From Polyangiaceae bacterium (GTDB taxonomy: Bacteria; Myxococcota_A; Polyangia; Polyangiales; Polyangiaceae): a stretch of 64,000 nucleotides of DNA. Under the pieces are notes generated by a model. The model did not search any database. It was not told the origin of the DNA and saw nothing but the letters and a program-made list of their open reading frames with translations. Numbering within the stretch: the first letter of the stretch is position 1; each line of letters starts with the position of its first letter. The stretch lies in contig JBNKBE010000008.1 in assembly GCA_050287085.1 (NCBI GenBank), positions 32,008 to 96,007 on the forward strand, in the 5' to 3' direction. A program made the translations under genes and the position numbers. This document shows positions 62,437 to 64,000 of the stretch, piece after piece.

Positions 62437-62767
62437 TGTCGCTCTCCTCCGGCTCAGCTGTGCACTTGAGCGGGTGGCCGTGAGCACGGGCGTATTCCGT
62501 TACCTGGGTGACTTTGGTCTCCGCCACGTCCCGCGGGTATACGTCCACGATGCCGTAGTTGCGGTGGTGAACGTTGAGCATGATATGGGTCGCTTCCGTC
62601 TCCGTCTTCTTGAAGAATTTCATGAGGATATGGACTACAAACTCCATGGTGGTGTAGTTGTCGTTGTGCAACACCACCTGATAGCGACGCGGGCGTTTGG
62701 TCTTAGGACGCTCGGCGAGGCCGAGCTCGCCCTCCTCTTGCTTCTGCTGGCTGGGGTCTTTCGGCAT
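62426..62767 (-). CDS. clpS: Clp protease adaptor ClpS
   Basis: YQVVLHNDNYTTMEFVV, MLNVH, VAETKV, HPL. Confidence 0.95.
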   Translation of the reverse strand: MPKDPSQQKQEEGELGLAERPKTKRPRRYQVVLHNDNYTTMEFVVHILMKFFKKTETEATHIMLNVHHRNYGIVDVYPRDVAETKVTQVTEYARAHGHPLKCTAEPEESDNEG

Positions 62768-63207
62768 CTTCGTCTCGACGGGCGCGGCGTGTGCCCTCCC
62801 GGTAGCTATGGGACTGTGCGTATCCAGGAGCAAGCTGTCGAGGGGCGCCGTGACGTTAGGCCCCCTGGTCCGTCTCGAGCGCTGCCGGCCCGGATCTTTT
62901 TTTGAATGCAAATGAGAAACGCCCGAGCTTGGCTCAGGCGTTTCTCCGGGGCTCATACCCCGGCCCCTCGTCGCTGCAGGAGCTGCAACAGGCGAGGATC
63001 ACGGCCGCCGAGGGCGGCCTCAGGTGGCTTTCTTCGCCTTTGCCTGCGGCTTGGTGTCGCCGGCTGCGGCTGCTTCTTGAGCCTGACTCCAGGCCTTATT
63101 CTTGATGGTTCGGCGTCGCTTTTGGCGGCGACGTGCACGTGAGTCTTGGGGGGTGGTCATTGTATTTCCGTTGTATGTTTGAGGGGATCCGAAAGCGGTA
63201 GTGGCTG

Positions 63208-64000
63208 CTACCCCTCCACCGTCCAGGTCTCGCCGGAGTGCAGGAGAGCTGTTAGATCACCGGCGCCGGGCGCTGCCGTGGCGCGCGCGACCTGAGCGTG
63301 GACGACCCCCTCGTAGGTGTCGCCCTCGCCAGCGCGGCAATATAACACTCCGAGCGCGACCGGGAACGCGGGAAATGGCATTCGCGCTAGAAGTGTGGCC
63401 AGCAGCAGGTTGTGTTCGTCGTGAACCAAGATTTCGGAGGCGGGCACGCCCCCGTCGCCCACGTTGACGACTTCCAAGCAGAGCTCCTGATGGTTCAGTC
63501 GGAGCCCTTTCGAGCCGTCTTCACCAAAGAGCATCGGCTTGCCGTGTTCGAGCAGCAGCTGGTGATCGGGCTGATTGACTTTCTCGCGGAAGAGATCAAA
63601 GGCACCGTCGTTGAAGACGTTGCAGTTCTGGTAGATCTCGATGAATGACGTTCCGGTGTGCTCAGCCGCACGCGTGATCACGGACGTAAGGTGTTTTGCC
63701 TCCACATCGACGCTGCGTGCGACGAATCCGGCGTTGCAACCCAGCGCAAAGGCACACGGCTCGATCGGCGAGTCAGCCGAGCCCATGGGGGTGCTCTTGG
63801 TGACCTTGCCGACCTCACTCGTGGGTGAGTACTGCCCTTTGGTCAGTCCGTAGATGCGGTTGTTGAACATCAGGATGTTGATGTCCACGTTCCGCCGCAG
63901 GCAATGCATGAGGTGATTGCCGCCAATGCTCAAACCGTCACCATCTCCGGTGACCATCCACACCGTCAGCTCAGGGTTGGCGACCTTGATTCCAGTTGCC
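63208..64000 (-). CDS. korB: 2-oxoacid:ferredoxin oxidoreductase beta subunit (5' end outside window)
   Basis: TPP motif GDGDGLSIGGNH...NNRIYGLTKGQYSPTS; IYQNCNVFN. Confidence 0.9.
   Translation of the reverse strand, partial: ATGIKVANPELTVWMVTGDGDGLSIGGNHLMHCLRRNVDINILMFNNRIYGLTKGQYSPTSEVGKVTKSTPMGSADSPIEPCAFALGCNAGFVARSVDVEAKHLTSVITRAAEHTGTSFIEIYQNCNVFNDGAFDLFREKVNQPDHQLLLEHGKPMLFGEDGSKGLRLNHQELCLEVVNVGDGGVPASEILVHDEHNLLLATLLARMPFPAFPVALGVLYCRAGEGDTYEGVVHAQVARATAAPGAGDLTALLHSGETWTVEG

Noticed and set aside
62953..63138. 61-aa basic ORF between korB and clpS
   Set aside because: No clear RBS or recognisable motif; more likely the clpS promoter region.

Overview
High-GC bacterial chromosome segment. 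The gene content (MYXO-CTERM-like tails, TraB-like OmpA barrel, AglRQS-like TolQ/TolR triplets, membrane Hanks kinase) points to a myxobacterium, probably Polyangiales-like; this is inference. Much is housekeeping: glnB, metK, tRNA-Thr(CGT), valS, dtd, mreBCD-mrdA-rodA, SWIM-SNF2, 5-oxoprolinase, clpS-clpA and a partial 2-oxoacid:ferredoxin oxidoreductase beta subunit. No CRISPR array, rRNA, integrase or transposase was seen. Four observations stand out. (1) A ~1816-aa ORF joins an adhesin-like, Asp-rich-repeat protein ending in an internal MYXO-CTERM-like signal to a second signal peptide and a TraB-like barrel/TSP3/OmpA protein, a candidate polyprotein. (2) An intact 663-aa membrane-pyrophosphatase homologue appears to have lost its catalytic acidic motifs. 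(3) It lies downstream of two head-to-head TolQ+2xTolR motor operons whose shared spacer has three GACCC-N4-GGGTC palindromes at 25-bp period. (4) A Roadblock plus pseudo-REC/DUF4388/Roadblock pair without a GTPase follows the tRNA. All family calls come from motif recognition by eye, not database searches.
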